Source of the DNA: Alphaproteobacteria bacterium
GTDB taxonomy: Bacteria > Pseudomonadota > Alphaproteobacteria > Rickettsiales > SXRF01
Assembly (NCBI GenBank): GCA_025360345.1
Contig: JANYCJ010000025.1
Location: forward strand, 1 to 58,631
Direction of reading: 5' to 3'
Length of the DNA stretch: 58,631 nucleotides
Of the stretch, positions 46,367-56,284 are shown piece after piece (the first letter of the stretch is position 1; each line of letters opens with the position of its first letter). A program made the position numbers and the translations under genes. A model generated the notes under the pieces. It searched no databases and was not told where the DNA came from. It was given only the letters and a program-made list of their open reading frames with translations.

Positions 46367-46449
46367 TTACTTGAATTTATCCTTTGCTTGCCCCTATATA
46401 GAACCAAGCGACCGACAAAACAACCTTATCCGCAGGAACCACAACAGGC

Positions 46450-47580
46450 ATGGCATGGGGCGATAAAGACAATCAGGGACCATGGGGCAGGCCCTCCGGC
46501 TCCGGCGGCAATCAGGGCGGCAACTCCGGCGGCGGCAAAGGCCCTAACAGCGGCCCTCCGCAAGGCCCCGATTTCGACGACATCCTCCGCCGCGGGCAGG
46601 AAAAGCTCCGCCAGTTCACCGGCGGTGGCGGCTATGGCGACAGCAGCAAGGGCGTCATCCTCATCCTCGCCGTCATCCTGTTATTGTGGCTTTCGTCCGG
46701 CATCTACTTTGTAAAAGCCGATGAGCAGGGCGTGGTCACCCGCTTCGGCGCCTTCACCCGCACCACCACCCCCGGCGTGAACTATCACCTCCCATACCCT
46801 ATCGAGGCCGTGTCCGTGCCCCGCGTCACCGCCATCAACCACGAGGAAATCGGCTTCCGCTCCGGCTCTGGCCGCTTGGGCAAGAACAGCGAAGTGCCGC
46901 TCTCCGAAGAAAGCCTGATGCTCACCGGCGATGAAAACATCCTCGACATTGATTTCGAAGTGCAGTGGAAAATCTCCTCCGCCAAGGACTTCCTCTTCAA
47001 TATCCGCAACCCCGAGGAAACCGTCAAAGCCGTGGCCGAAAGCGCCATGCGCGAAGTGATCGGCAAATCCCGCATTGCCAATGTGCTGGCTGAAGGCAAG
47101 CTGCAGGTGGCACAGGACACCCGTAAGCTGATGCAGGATACCCTGAACTCCTACAAGGCCGGTATCGAAATCATCACCGTGAACCTCCTGAAGGCCGATC
47201 CCCCCGCCGAAGTGCTCGACGCCCAGCGCGACGTGCAGACGGCGCTGGCCGATGCCGAAACCGCCCGCAACCAGGCCGAAGCCTATCATAATGACATCGT
47301 GCCCAAAGCCCGCGGCGAAGCCCAAAAACTGGTGCTCGACGCCGAAGCCTATAAGCAGGAAGTCATCGCCCGCGCGCAGGGCGAGGCCTCGCGCTTCTCC
47401 ACCATTTACAATGAATACAAACAGGCCAAGGACGTCACCCGCAAACGTATGTATCTGGAAACCATGGAAAATATCCTACAGGGCATGACCAAGGTCATCA
47501 TCGACGGCAAGAATGGCAACGGCGTGGTCCCCTACCTCCCCCTTCCAGAGCTGAAAGCCAAAGCGGAGGAACAGAAATGA
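46450..47580 (+). CDS. hflK: FtsH protease modulator HflK
   Basis: G-rich N-terminus with PWG, one TM segment, and an SPFH/band-7 domain. Its stop overlaps hflC (ATGA). Confidence 0.93.
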   Translation: MAWGDKDNQGPWGRPSGSGGNQGGNSGGGKGPNSGPPQGPDFDDILRRGQEKLRQFTGGGGYGDSSKGVILILAVILLLWLSSGIYFVKADEQGVVTRFGAFTRTTTPGVNYHLPYPIEAVSVPRVTAINHEEIGFRSGSGRLGKNSEVPLSEESLMLTGDENILDIDFEVQWKISSAKDFLFNIRNPEETVKAVAESAMREVIGKSRIANVLAEGKLQVAQDTRKLMQDTLNSYKAGIEIITVNLLKADPPAEVLDAQRDVQTALADAETARNQAEAYHNDIVPKARGEAQKLVLDAEAYKQEVIARAQGEASRFSTIYNEYKQAKDVTRKRMYLETMENILQGMTKVIIDGKNGNGVVPYLPLPELKAKAEEQK

Positions 47581-48494
47581 AGAACGCATCCATCGTCGCC
47601 ATCGTCGCACTCGCGGGCCTCTTCGTCATTTCCAACAGCATGTTCGTCGTGGGCCAGACCGAGCAGGCCATCGTGCTCCAGTTCGGCAAGCCCGAGCGCG
47701 TGGAGCAAACCCCCGGCCTCAAGTTCAAAATCCCCTTCGTCCAGAATGTCGATTATTATGATAACCGCCTGCTGGACTTCGACGCAGAAACCAAGGAAGT
47801 CATCGCCGCCGACCAGAAGCGCCTGCGAGTAGACGCCTTCCTGCGCTACCGCATCATAGACCCGTTGCGCTTCAAGCAGTCGGTGGCCGATGAGCGCACC
47901 ATGCGCAGCCGCATGAACTCCATCCTCGAATCCTCCCTCCGCCAGGCGCTGGGCAACGTGCCCCTGTCCGACGTGATTTCCGAGAAACGCAGCCAGCTCA
48001 TGCAGCAGATCAAAGAACTGGTGAACGCCCAGACCATGGGCAGCAAAACCGAGGGTGAAAACAGCAACACCACCACCGGCGGCTTCGGCGTGGAAATCGT
48101 GGATGTGCGCATCAAGCGCGCAGACCTGCCCCCCGCCAACTCCGAAGGCATCTATAAGCGGATGCAGACCGAGCGCACCAAGGAAGCCAACCAGTACCGC
48201 GCGCAAGGCGCCGAAGACGCGCAGAAAACCCGCTCCAGTGCTGACAAGGAGCGCACCATCCTGCTCGCCGAAGCCCGCCGCAAATCCGAAGTCACCCGCG
48301 GCGAAGGCGACGGCACCGCCACCAGGATCTTCGCCGACGCCTTCGGCCAGGACCAGGAATTCTTCCAGTTTTACCGCACCCTTCAGGCCTACCGCAAAAC
48401 CCTGTCGGAAAAAGACACCACCCTCGTGCTGTCGCCGGATAATGATTTCCTGAAATACCTCGAAAAAGGCAGCAGCGCTCCCTCCGGCAAATAA
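47577..48494 (+). CDS. hflC: FtsH protease modulator HflC
   Basis: N-terminal TM segment and an SPFH domain (VDVRIKRADLP...). It is coupled to hflK. Confidence 0.93.
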   Translation: MKNASIVAIVALAGLFVISNSMFVVGQTEQAIVLQFGKPERVEQTPGLKFKIPFVQNVDYYDNRLLDFDAETKEVIAADQKRLRVDAFLRYRIIDPLRFKQSVADERTMRSRMNSILESSLRQALGNVPLSDVISEKRSQLMQQIKELVNAQTMGSKTEGENSNTTTGGFGVEIVDVRIKRADLPPANSEGIYKRMQTERTKEANQYRAQGAEDAQKTRSSADKERTILLAEARRKSEVTRGEGDGTATRIFADAFGQDQEFFQFYRTLQAYRKTLSEKDTTLVLSPDNDFLKYLEKGSSAPSGK

Positions 48495-48601
48495 AAAACC
48501 CGTATGGAAGTGAAAGCGTGGCCCAAACCCCGCTTTACGCTGCCTGTGAGTTATAGTAAAACACAGCCATAATTCACCTGCGCATACCCGTCCCGGCCCC
48601 C

Positions 48602-49090
48602 ATGCAACCCCTGCCCAAACTGGCCTCCACCGTGCGTTTAGCCACTATAGAAGACGCACCCGTCATCCTGGCCATGATCCGCGAGCTGGCCGAATTCGAA
48701 AAACTCCTTCCCGAAGTCACCGCAAGCGTCGCAGGCCTTGAAAAAACCCTTTTCGGCCCCAAATCCTATGCGGAAGTACTTCTGGCCGAAGACCAGGGCG
48801 AACCCGTCGCCTTCTGCCTCTTCTTCCACAACTACTCCACTTTTCTGGCAAAGCCGGGGGTGTACATCGAAGACATTTATGTGCGCCCCGAAGCGCGTGG
48901 CCGCGGCTGGGGCAAAACCCTCTTCGCAGAAATCGCCCGCATCGCGCGTGAGCGTGGCTGTGGCCGCATCGAATGGTGGGTGCTGGACTGGAACGAGAGC
49001 GCCGTTGAATTTTACCGGCAGATGGGCGCCACCGCCATGAGCGAATGGACCGTCTACCGCCTGAATAAAGAACAAATTGATAAAATGTAA
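48602..49090 (+). CDS. GNAT family N-acetyltransferase (SSAT/diamine acetyltransferase-like)
   Basis: IEDIYVRPEARGRGWGKTLFAEIARIA, VLDWNESAVEFYRQMGA. Confidence 0.88.
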   Translation: MQPLPKLASTVRLATIEDAPVILAMIRELAEFEKLLPEVTASVAGLEKTLFGPKSYAEVLLAEDQGEPVAFCLFFHNYSTFLAKPGVYIEDIYVRPEARGRGWGKTLFAEIARIARERGCGRIEWWVLDWNESAVEFYRQMGATAMSEWTVYRLNKEQIDKM

Positions 49091-49106
49091 GAGGACTAAA
49101 GACGCT

Positions 49107-50681
49107 ATGAAACACCTGATAAAACACACCTGTATCATCGCCGCGCTGACCCTTACCATGGCCGCGCCCGCCGCTGCGGAGCCCGTAAAGCCCGCAAACC
49201 CAGCCGCCTATGAAACGCCCCCCAGCCTCGCCGACCTTGTCGACAAGCTCTCCCCCGCCGTGGTGAACGTCTCCACCACCCAGAAACAAAAGCCCAACGC
49301 CCAGGGCGGGCAGGCAACCCCCTTCGGCGATCTGCCCGACGCCCCTGAATTCGAGCCCTTCCGCGAATTCTTCGACCAGCTACAGCGCGGCCAGAATGGC
49401 GGTGGCGGCGGTGGCCGAAACAATGAGGACCGCGAAGTCTATTCCCTCGGCTCCGGCTTCATCATGGACGCAACCGGCTACATCATCACCAATAACCACG
49501 TCATCGAGCAGGCCTCCGAAATCAACGTCACCTTGAGCGACAACACCAAATACAAGGCCAAGCTCGTCGGCTCCGACAAGAAAACCGACCTCGCTCTTCT
49601 GAAGATCGAAGCCAAGAAAGACCTCCCCTTCGTCACCCTCGGTGATTCCGACGCCATGCGCGTGGGCGACTGGGTCATCGCTATTGGCAACCCCTACGGC
49701 CTCGGCGGCTCCGTCACGCAAGGCATCATCTCCGCCCGCCAGCGCAGCATCAATGCCGGGCCTTTCGATGATTTCCTCCAGACCGACGCCCCCATCAACC
49801 GCGGCAATTCCGGCGGCCCCCTCTTCAACATGAAAGGTGAGGTCATCGGCATCAACACCGCCATCTTCTCGCCTTCCGGCGGCTCCATCGGCATCGGCTT
49901 CGCCGTGCCCACCAGCCTCGCCAAAACCGTGATCAACCAGCTCAAGGAAAGCGGCCACACCACCCGCGGCTGGCTCGGCGTAAAAATCCAGGAAGTCTCT
50001 GACGAAGCCGCCGAAAGCCTAGGACTCGGCAAATCCGAAGGCGCCCTCATCCTTGAAGTCACAAAGGACAGCCCCGCAGACAAGGCAGGCATCAAGGCCG
50101 GCGACGTCATCACCGCCTTTGACAGCAAGGACATTTCCGAAATGCGCTTCCTGCCCCGCATCGTGGCTGAAACCAAGATCGGCAAGAAAGTAGACGTGAC
50201 CTACTGGCGCAACAATGCTTCCAAAACCACCCAGATCGTGGTCGGCAAGCTTGATGAAAGCGAGGACGAGGCCGACAACACCGCCCCCGCCAGCGAAAAG
50301 CCCAAGGACAAGGGTATGCCCACCGAAGTGGTTATGGGTATGCATGTCACCCCGCTGAACCAGCCCGTGCGCGACGCCCTTAACGTCGAAGCCGGCGTCG
50401 AAGGCGTGGCCATCAGCGACGTGGACTCCGGCACCGAGGCCTCCAAGCGCGGCCTGCGCCGTGGCGATGTCATCGCCGATGTCAACGGCACCGTGGTCAA
50501 GGAAGCCAAAGACCTGCAAAAGGCCTTCGCCGACGCCCGTGGCAAGGGGCGTAAATACGCCATGCTGAAAATCATCCGTCATAAGGAAACCGCTTACGTC
50601 ACCCTCCCTACCGAGGAAGAAAAAGCGGCGAAACCCGATGACCAGAAAGAGGCCCAGCACCCGCACCGGGACAAGAAATAA
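49107..50681 (+). CDS. degP: Do-family periplasmic serine endopeptidase (DegP/HtrA), two PDZ domains
   Basis: Signal peptide MKHLIKHTCIIAALTLTMAAPAAA. The catalytic motifs are TNNHVI, DLALLKI and GNSGGPLFN. The ORF opens at 49077. Confidence 0.94.
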   Translation: MKHLIKHTCIIAALTLTMAAPAAAEPVKPANPAAYETPPSLADLVDKLSPAVVNVSTTQKQKPNAQGGQATPFGDLPDAPEFEPFREFFDQLQRGQNGGGGGGRNNEDREVYSLGSGFIMDATGYIITNNHVIEQASEINVTLSDNTKYKAKLVGSDKKTDLALLKIEAKKDLPFVTLGDSDAMRVGDWVIAIGNPYGLGGSVTQGIISARQRSINAGPFDDFLQTDAPINRGNSGGPLFNMKGEVIGINTAIFSPSGGSIGIGFAVPTSLAKTVINQLKESGHTTRGWLGVKIQEVSDEAAESLGLGKSEGALILEVTKDSPADKAGIKAGDVITAFDSKDISEMRFLPRIVAETKIGKKVDVTYWRNNASKTTQIVVGKLDESEDEADNTAPASEKPKDKGMPTEVVMGMHVTPLNQPVRDALNVEAGVEGVAISDVDSGTEASKRGLRRGDVIADVNGTVVKEAKDLQKAFADARGKGRKYAMLKIIRHKETAYVTLPTEEEKAAKPDDQKEAQHPHRDKK

Positions 50682-50690
50682 CCGGCCAGT

Positions 50691-50724
50691 AAAAGCCCCG
50701 GGGCGCTCCCCCGGGGTTTTTATT
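50691..50724. terminator. Bidirectional rho-independent terminator between degP and the convergent membrane-protein gene
   Basis: AAAAG, then CCCCGGGG (50696-50703), a 5-nt loop, CCCCGGGG (50709-50716), then TTTTT. The stem is 8 GC base pairs flanked by A and T tracts. Confidence 0.8.
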
Positions 50725-52126
50725 ACCGTGCCTGCATCGTGAAAAACACCGCCCCCAGCAGCGCGAACCCGCCCGCAAGCGCCACCCCGCCGCGCGCCAC
50801 CGCCTCATGGCCGCGCAAAGCCCACGCCGCCTGCGCCTTGCCATACAGCACCGCAAAGCACGGCAGCATCGGGTACACATAGCGCATCTCCTGGTCAGGT
50901 ATCCATTGCTTCCACCACGCAAACACCATCAGCGCCGGAAATGCCATCCCCACCGCCATGGCGTAAGGCAGCATCCCCCGCCACAAGCCCGCATCGCTTA
51001 GCGCCCATCCCAGCGCCATATACAGCAGCACCATAAGCAGCAGCAGGTTCAGCGCCGCGGCCCCCAGCGGCCATCCCCAGTCATAAATCCCGAAAATAAA
51101 ATCGCTTAAGCAAACATTCCAAAACGGCGTAACCTTATGCAGCGCCACGAACGGCTGCGTAATAAAAGCCACGGGGTCGAAAGAAAGGAAATGCCACAAC
51201 CCGAACTCCGCCCCCCCCGTATCGCCAAACTGCAAAGCCAGCTGCGCATGGTCCCCCGGCAGCCAGACCCGGCTGAGATTGCCCGCCCAGCACAGCGCCG
51301 TTAGCACCGCCACCCGCCAGCCGCATTGGCGCAGCGCCAGCCATGCCCGCCTGCGCCCACCCGCCAGCAAAATCACCCCCAGCGCCGCATATAGCATCAC
51401 AGCGTTGCTGCGCACCAGCACCGCCACCGCCGCCAGCGCCAGTGCCACCCGCAAATCCCGCGGCCTGCCTTCGCGCCACCACCGTAGCCCGTAATAAAAC
51501 GAAGCCGCATAAAGCGAAAAATACATCGCCTCGCTATTGATCTTACCCGCCATGTGCATATTCGCCGGCCACAGCAGGAACAGCACCGCCGCTCCCGCAT
51601 AGGCCGCGCCGCGCAAGCCCGCCTGCCGCACAATCAGCAGCCCGTAGCCATAGAAAACAAGGCTGGAACACCACGACAGGAAGCGCAGGGCCGTAAGCTC
51701 CGGCACCGCCTTCCACTGCGCCAGCTGCACCGCCAGTGCCGCCACATAATAATACAGCGGCGGGTGGTGGTCCTCAAACCCGTGATAGCCATACGGCGAA
51801 AGCCAGTGGCCGACAGTATAGTGAATCCGCGCCACATGCCCGCCAAGGTCGTTGGTATACACGTCATCATGGCTCACATGGATATACCACAGCCCCAGAA
51901 CCCCCGCCGCCGCATACAGCGCCAGCCCCGTGCCGTCCACCCCCGCCCGCCTCAGGCGCAAAACGCCAAAACCCAGCGCGCCTGCAGCCAGCAGCATCAC
52001 CCCAAGCGTCGTAAAAACATCGGAAAACCATAGCAGCCCGCCCGCATCCGGGCGCAAAAGCGCATACCCCGCCACACATCCCAGCATTGCCGTAAAGGAA
52101 AGCGCCTCGCCCTTAAGCGGCAACAT
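50723..52126 (-). CDS. Polytopic membrane protein, possibly GT-C/PMT-like glycosyltransferase
   Basis: More than 10 TM segments, with an HDDVYTNDLGGH loop after an early TM segment and a YYYV motif. The start is uncertain (52159, 52126 or 52087). The family call is weak. Confidence 0.55.
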   Translation of the reverse strand: MLPLKGEALSFTAMLGCVAGYALLRPDAGGLLWFSDVFTTLGVMLLAAGALGFGVLRLRRAGVDGTGLALYAAAGVLGLWYIHVSHDDVYTNDLGGHVARIHYTVGHWLSPYGYHGFEDHHPPLYYYVAALAVQLAQWKAVPELTALRFLSWCSSLVFYGYGLLIVRQAGLRGAAYAGAAVLFLLWPANMHMAGKINSEAMYFSLYAASFYYGLRWWREGRPRDLRVALALAAVAVLVRSNAVMLYAALGVILLAGGRRRAWLALRQCGWRVAVLTALCWAGNLSRVWLPGDHAQLALQFGDTGGAEFGLWHFLSFDPVAFITQPFVALHKVTPFWNVCLSDFIFGIYDWGWPLGAAALNLLLLMVLLYMALGWALSDAGLWRGMLPYAMAVGMAFPALMVFAWWKQWIPDQEMRYVYPMLPCFAVLYGKAQAAWALRGHEAVARGGVALAGGFALLGAVFFTMQAR

Positions 52127-53033
52127 GCGCCCAGTCCGCCCGCGCAAAGCCCTGCACATACAGCAGCGCGCTCAAATCGCACTGCGTGATCCGCGCCCCG
52201 GCCTGCGCCCGCACCACAGGCTTGGCGTGATAGGCAACTCCCATCCCCGCCGCCAGCAGCATTGGCAAATCATTCGCCCCATCGCCCACCGCCATCACAT
52301 CATCCGTGCCAATGCCCAGTTTTTTACAATAATCCTGCAAGGTCTTCAGCTTCGCCTCCTTGCCCAGGATCGGCGGAATCACCCGCCCCGTAAGCAACCC
52401 GTGCTCAATCTCCAGCAGGTTCGCATAATCCTCATGAAACCCCAGCGCGTCACGCACCCGCCCGGTAAAAAACGTGAACCCGCCGGAAACCAGCACCGCC
52501 TGCGCCCCGAATTTCCGCATTGTCGCCACCAGCTCTTTTGCCCCCGGCATCAGCTTCACCCGCTCCTCGTAGCACTGGCGCAGCATCCCCTGCGGCAGGT
52601 CTTTAAGCAGCGCCACCCGTTCGGTCAGCGCCGCCTCGAAATTCAGCTCCCCGTTCATCGCCCGCTCGGTAATCACCGAAACTTCGGCCTTCATGCCCAC
52701 GAAATCCGCCAGCTCGTCAATGCACTCCACCGTAATCATGGTCGAGTCCATGTCGCTGATAAGCATCTGTTTCACCCGGTTATCTGCCCGCTGCACCACC
52801 GCGTCATACGGCTGGTCGGCCATGATCGCCTGCACAAACCCGTCAAGCACCTTCACATCGGGGAAATCCACGAACACATCGGCCGCCACCCCCGGCTCCA
52901 GCCAGAAGCTCTTCGCCACCGAAACCCCATGCAGCGCCAGCGAAGGCCCGAAACCATCGACAAACGCCTGCGAAAGTGGTTCCTTTACCGGATTCGCAAT
53001 CAGCGTAACCACACATTCCCGTTCTCCGGCCAT
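52113..53033 (-). CDS. serB: Phosphoserine phosphatase
   Basis: HAD motifs are present: LISDMDSTMI (DxDxT), VSGGF, and GDGANDLPML. The ATG at 53033 is preceded by GGGAG with a 5-nt spacer. The ORF opens at 53129. Confidence 0.92.
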   Translation of the reverse strand: MAGERECVVTLIANPVKEPLSQAFVDGFGPSLALHGVSVAKSFWLEPGVAADVFVDFPDVKVLDGFVQAIMADQPYDAVVQRADNRVKQMLISDMDSTMITVECIDELADFVGMKAEVSVITERAMNGELNFEAALTERVALLKDLPQGMLRQCYEERVKLMPGAKELVATMRKFGAQAVLVSGGFTFFTGRVRDALGFHEDYANLLEIEHGLLTGRVIPPILGKEAKLKTLQDYCKKLGIGTDDVMAVGDGANDLPMLLAAGMGVAYHAKPVVRAQAGARITQCDLSALLYVQGFARADWAHVAA

Positions 53034-53943
53034 GACAACTCCCATCCTTATCCTCACCGGCCCAACCGCCAGCGGCAAATCAGCTTTCGCGCTTTCAGTA
53101 GCGCAAAAACGCGGCGGTGTCATCATCAATGCCGACAGCCAGCAGCTCTACCGCGATCTGCGCATCCTCACCGCCCGCCCCACGCCCGAAGATGAAGCCA
53201 CCGCCCCCCACAAGCTTTACGGCATGTTGGCGGCCCATGAAGCTTGCTCCGCCGGCCAGTGGCTGAACCTAGCCCGCATGGAAATAGACTGGGCCCGCAA
53301 AAACGGGCAAGTCCCCATCGTCACCGGCGGCTCCGGCCTCTATGTCAAAGCCCTCCTCGAAGGCATCGCCCCCATCCCCGACATCCCCGAATCCGTGCGC
53401 GACCAGGCCACCTCCGACTACGAACAGATGGGCAAAGACGCCTTCGCCGACCGCCTAAAATGGGTAGATCCCGACTTCTTCACCCGTCTCAAAGTCTACG
53501 ACCGCCAGCGCCTCATCCGCGCTTACGCCGTCTGGCTCGGCAGCGGCAAATCCTTAAGCCACTGGCAGTCCCAGACCACCACCCCGCCCTACAAGCCCGA
53601 AGACCTGCGCATCTATTGCCTTACCATCCCCCGCGAAGAGCTCTACGCCCGTTGCAACCAGCGCTTCGAAACCATGATAGGGCAGGGGGCCTTGGAAGAA
53701 GTGAAGCAATTACTGGCCCTTAACCTGCCCAATACCCTCCCCGTCATGAAATCCGTCGGCGTCCCCGAACTCTCCGCCCATCTCCGCGGCGAAACCACGC
53801 TGGAAACCGCCATCACCCTCGCGAGCCAGGCCACCCGCAACTACGCCAAACGCCAGCTCACCTGGTTCCGTAACCAGCTCCCCCACGCCATCCCCCTCGA
53901 TTGGCAGCAAAACACTGCCGATTTCGCCGCCATCCCGTTCTGA
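53032..53943 (+). CDS. miaA: tRNA dimethylallyltransferase
   Basis: MTTPILILTGPTASGKSAFA...INADSQQLYRDLRILTARP is the canonical MiaA N-terminus. It is in frame with track ORF 52693..53943. Confidence 0.93.
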   Translation: MTTPILILTGPTASGKSAFALSVAQKRGGVIINADSQQLYRDLRILTARPTPEDEATAPHKLYGMLAAHEACSAGQWLNLARMEIDWARKNGQVPIVTGGSGLYVKALLEGIAPIPDIPESVRDQATSDYEQMGKDAFADRLKWVDPDFFTRLKVYDRQRLIRAYAVWLGSGKSLSHWQSQTTTPPYKPEDLRIYCLTIPREELYARCNQRFETMIGQGALEEVKQLLALNLPNTLPVMKSVGVPELSAHLRGETTLETAITLASQATRNYAKRQLTWFRNQLPHAIPLDWQQNTADFAAIPF

Positions 53944-53956
53944 TGCCGGAATCCTG

Positions 53957-53985
53957 TTGACCAGAACCCGCCAAAACATTAGATT
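53957..53985 (+). promoter_or_regulatory. Putative sigma70-type promoter of the ilv cluster
   Basis: TTGACC (53957-53962), a 17-nt spacer, then TAGATT (53980-53985), about 33 nt upstream of the ilvI ATG. Called by pattern match only. Confidence 0.4.
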
Positions 53986-54017
53986 TAGGCCCTTTTATTG
54001 CATTCCATAGGGCAAAT

Positions 54018-55823
54018 ATGTTCAAGGCTAAAAAAGCTCCCACCGCCGCGCAAGCCGCCATCGAAGACGCAAACCCCGCCGCCGAAATCCCCGGCGCGGA
54101 AATCGTGGTGCGCGCGCTCGTCGCTGAAAACGTGGACACCATCTTCGGCTATCCCGGCGGCGCCGTGCTGCCTATTTACGATGCCCTGTTCAAGCAAAAC
54201 TCCCTGCGCCACATCCTCGTCCGCCACGAACAGGCCGCCACCCACGCCGCCGAGGGCTATGCCCGCTCCACGGGCAAGGTTGGCGTCGTCCTCGTCACCT
54301 CCGGCCCCGGCGCAACCAACGCCATCACCGGCCTGACCGACGCCATGCTGGACTCCATCCCGCTGGTCTGCATCACCGGGCAGGTCCCCACCCACCTCAT
54401 CGGCTCCGACGCCTTCCAGGAAGCTGACACCACCGGCATGACCCGCTCCTGCACCAAATATAACTACCTCGTCAAAGACACCAACGACATCGGCCGCATC
54501 ATCCACGAGGCCTTCTACATCGCCCGCACCGGCCGTCCCGGCCCCGTGGTCATAGACATCCCCAAGAACCTCATGAACCAGGTGGCCCAATACTTCGGCA
54601 AGCCCGAGGAAATGCGCCCCTCCTACCGCCCGCAAACCGAAGGCGACTACATGGCCATCGAGCGTGCGGTGCACCTCATGGCCAGTGCCAAACGCCCCAT
54701 CTTCTACGTCGGCGGCGGCGTCATCAACGCGGGCCCCGAGGCTTGCGAAACCCTCAAGGAACTCGTGCACCTCACCGGCTTTCCCTGCACCAACACCCTG
54801 ATGGGCTTGGGCGCCTTCCCCGGCACGGATAAACAATTCGTCGGTATGCTCGGTATGCATGGAAGCCTCGAGGCTAACATGTGCATGGCCGAATGCGACG
54901 TGATGATCAACATCGGCGCCCGCTTCGACGACCGCGTTACCGGCCGGCTGGACGCCTTCTCCAAAGGCTCCAAAAAAATCCATGTGGACATTGACCCCAG
55001 CTCCATCAACAAGGTCGTCCCCGTCCACATCCCCATCGTGGGCGACGCCGGAAAAGTCCTGACCCAGATGCTCAAAATCTGGAAAGAGGAAAAACTCAAA
55101 GCCGATAGCAAAGCGCTGGCCGAATGGTGGGATAAGATCGAAGCATGGCGCGCCAAAAAGAGCTTCAGCTACAATCAGTCGGACCCCAACGTTATCAAGC
55201 CCCAATACGCGCTGGAACGCCTTTATGAACTCACCAAGGGCGACCATACCTACGTCACCACCGATGTTGGCCAGCACCAGATGTGGGCTGCGCAGTTCAT
55301 CAAATACGACCATCCCTACCGCTGGATGACCAGCGGCGGCTTAGGCACCATGGGCTACGGTATGCCAAGCGCCATGGGCGTGCAGATCGCCCACCCTGAA
55401 GCGCTCACCATTTGCGTCACCGGCGAGGCCAGCATCATGATGAACATCCAGGAACTCTCCACCATCATGCAGTACCGCCTGCCGGTCAAAGTCTTCATCC
55501 TGAACAACCGCTACATGGGCATGGTGCGCCAGTGGCAGGAAATGTTCCACGGCTCCCGCTATTCCGAATCCTACATGGACAGCCTCCCCGATTTCGTCAA
55601 GCTCGCCGAGGCCTACGGCATGAAAGGCCTGCGCTGCGAAAAAGTGGCCGACGTGGATAAAACCATCAGGGAGATGATGGACACCAAAGGCCCCGTCATC
55701 GTGGACATGATGGTAGACCAGAACGAAAACGTCTACCCCATGATCCCCGCCGGCGCCGCGCATTACGAGCTGCTTTTAAGCCCCGCCGAAAAAAGCGAAA
55801 TCAAAAGCAAGGACCTGCTGTAA
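54018..55823 (+). CDS. ilvI: Acetolactate synthase, large (catalytic) subunit
   Basis: ThDP enzyme motifs are present: GYPGGAVLPIYDAL, VTSGPGATN, and GGLGTMGYGMPSAMG...NNRYMGMVRQWQ. Confidence 0.96.
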   Translation: MFKAKKAPTAAQAAIEDANPAAEIPGAEIVVRALVAENVDTIFGYPGGAVLPIYDALFKQNSLRHILVRHEQAATHAAEGYARSTGKVGVVLVTSGPGATNAITGLTDAMLDSIPLVCITGQVPTHLIGSDAFQEADTTGMTRSCTKYNYLVKDTNDIGRIIHEAFYIARTGRPGPVVIDIPKNLMNQVAQYFGKPEEMRPSYRPQTEGDYMAIERAVHLMASAKRPIFYVGGGVINAGPEACETLKELVHLTGFPCTNTLMGLGAFPGTDKQFVGMLGMHGSLEANMCMAECDVMINIGARFDDRVTGRLDAFSKGSKKIHVDIDPSSINKVVPVHIPIVGDAGKVLTQMLKIWKEEKLKADSKALAEWWDKIEAWRAKKSFSYNQSDPNVIKPQYALERLYELTKGDHTYVTTDVGQHQMWAAQFIKYDHPYRWMTSGGLGTMGYGMPSAMGVQIAHPEALTICVTGEASIMMNIQELSTIMQYRLPVKVFILNNRYMGMVRQWQEMFHGSRYSESYMDSLPDFVKLAEAYGMKGLRCEKVADVDKTIREMMDTKGPVIVDMMVDQNENVYPMIPAGAAHYELLLSPAEKSEIKSKDLL

Positions 55824-56284
55824 TGGGCATCCGCGCCTTCCTTTTCATCATCCCGCTCATGTTGCTCTCGGCCTGCGACAACATGTTCCTGCAAACCCAG
55901 CAATACACGTTTGTGCCCCCGCGCACCCCCGCCGGAAAAATCTGCGCCAAGCAGTGCCCCGTGGCCGAAAGCCAGTGCAAGCGCAACTGCGAGGCGCTGA
56001 AAAACAACTGCCTCCACCAGACCAAGCTGAACGCCCAGCAAAGCTACCTCCAATACGTCAACGAGCGCATGGCGCAGGGCCTGCTGGTAGACAAAACCGA
56101 AGCCCAGTTCTATCAGGCTCCCCAAAATTGCGGCGACCTGCAATACTGCCAGCAGCGCTGTGAAATCGGTATGCGCGCCTGCCACACCCATTGCGGCGGC
56201 GACGTGCTGCAAAATGGCAACTGCCTGCTAAACTGCGCCCCCAAAGACCCAGAGGCCATTGAAGATGAAGGGAGCTTCTTTTGA
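55823..56284 (+). CDS. Cysteine-rich (CX3C-repeat) lipoprotein, unknown function
   Basis: The lipobox is LLSAC. There are 13 Cys including five CX3C pairs. The codon bias is host-like. The start overlaps the ilvI stop (TAATG) and the stop overlaps the ilvH start (TTGA). Confidence 0.7.
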   Translation: MGIRAFLFIIPLMLLSACDNMFLQTQQYTFVPPRTPAGKICAKQCPVAESQCKRNCEALKNNCLHQTKLNAQQSYLQYVNERMAQGLLVDKTEAQFYQAPQNCGDLQYCQQRCEIGMRACHTHCGGDVLQNGNCLLNCAPKDPEAIEDEGSFF

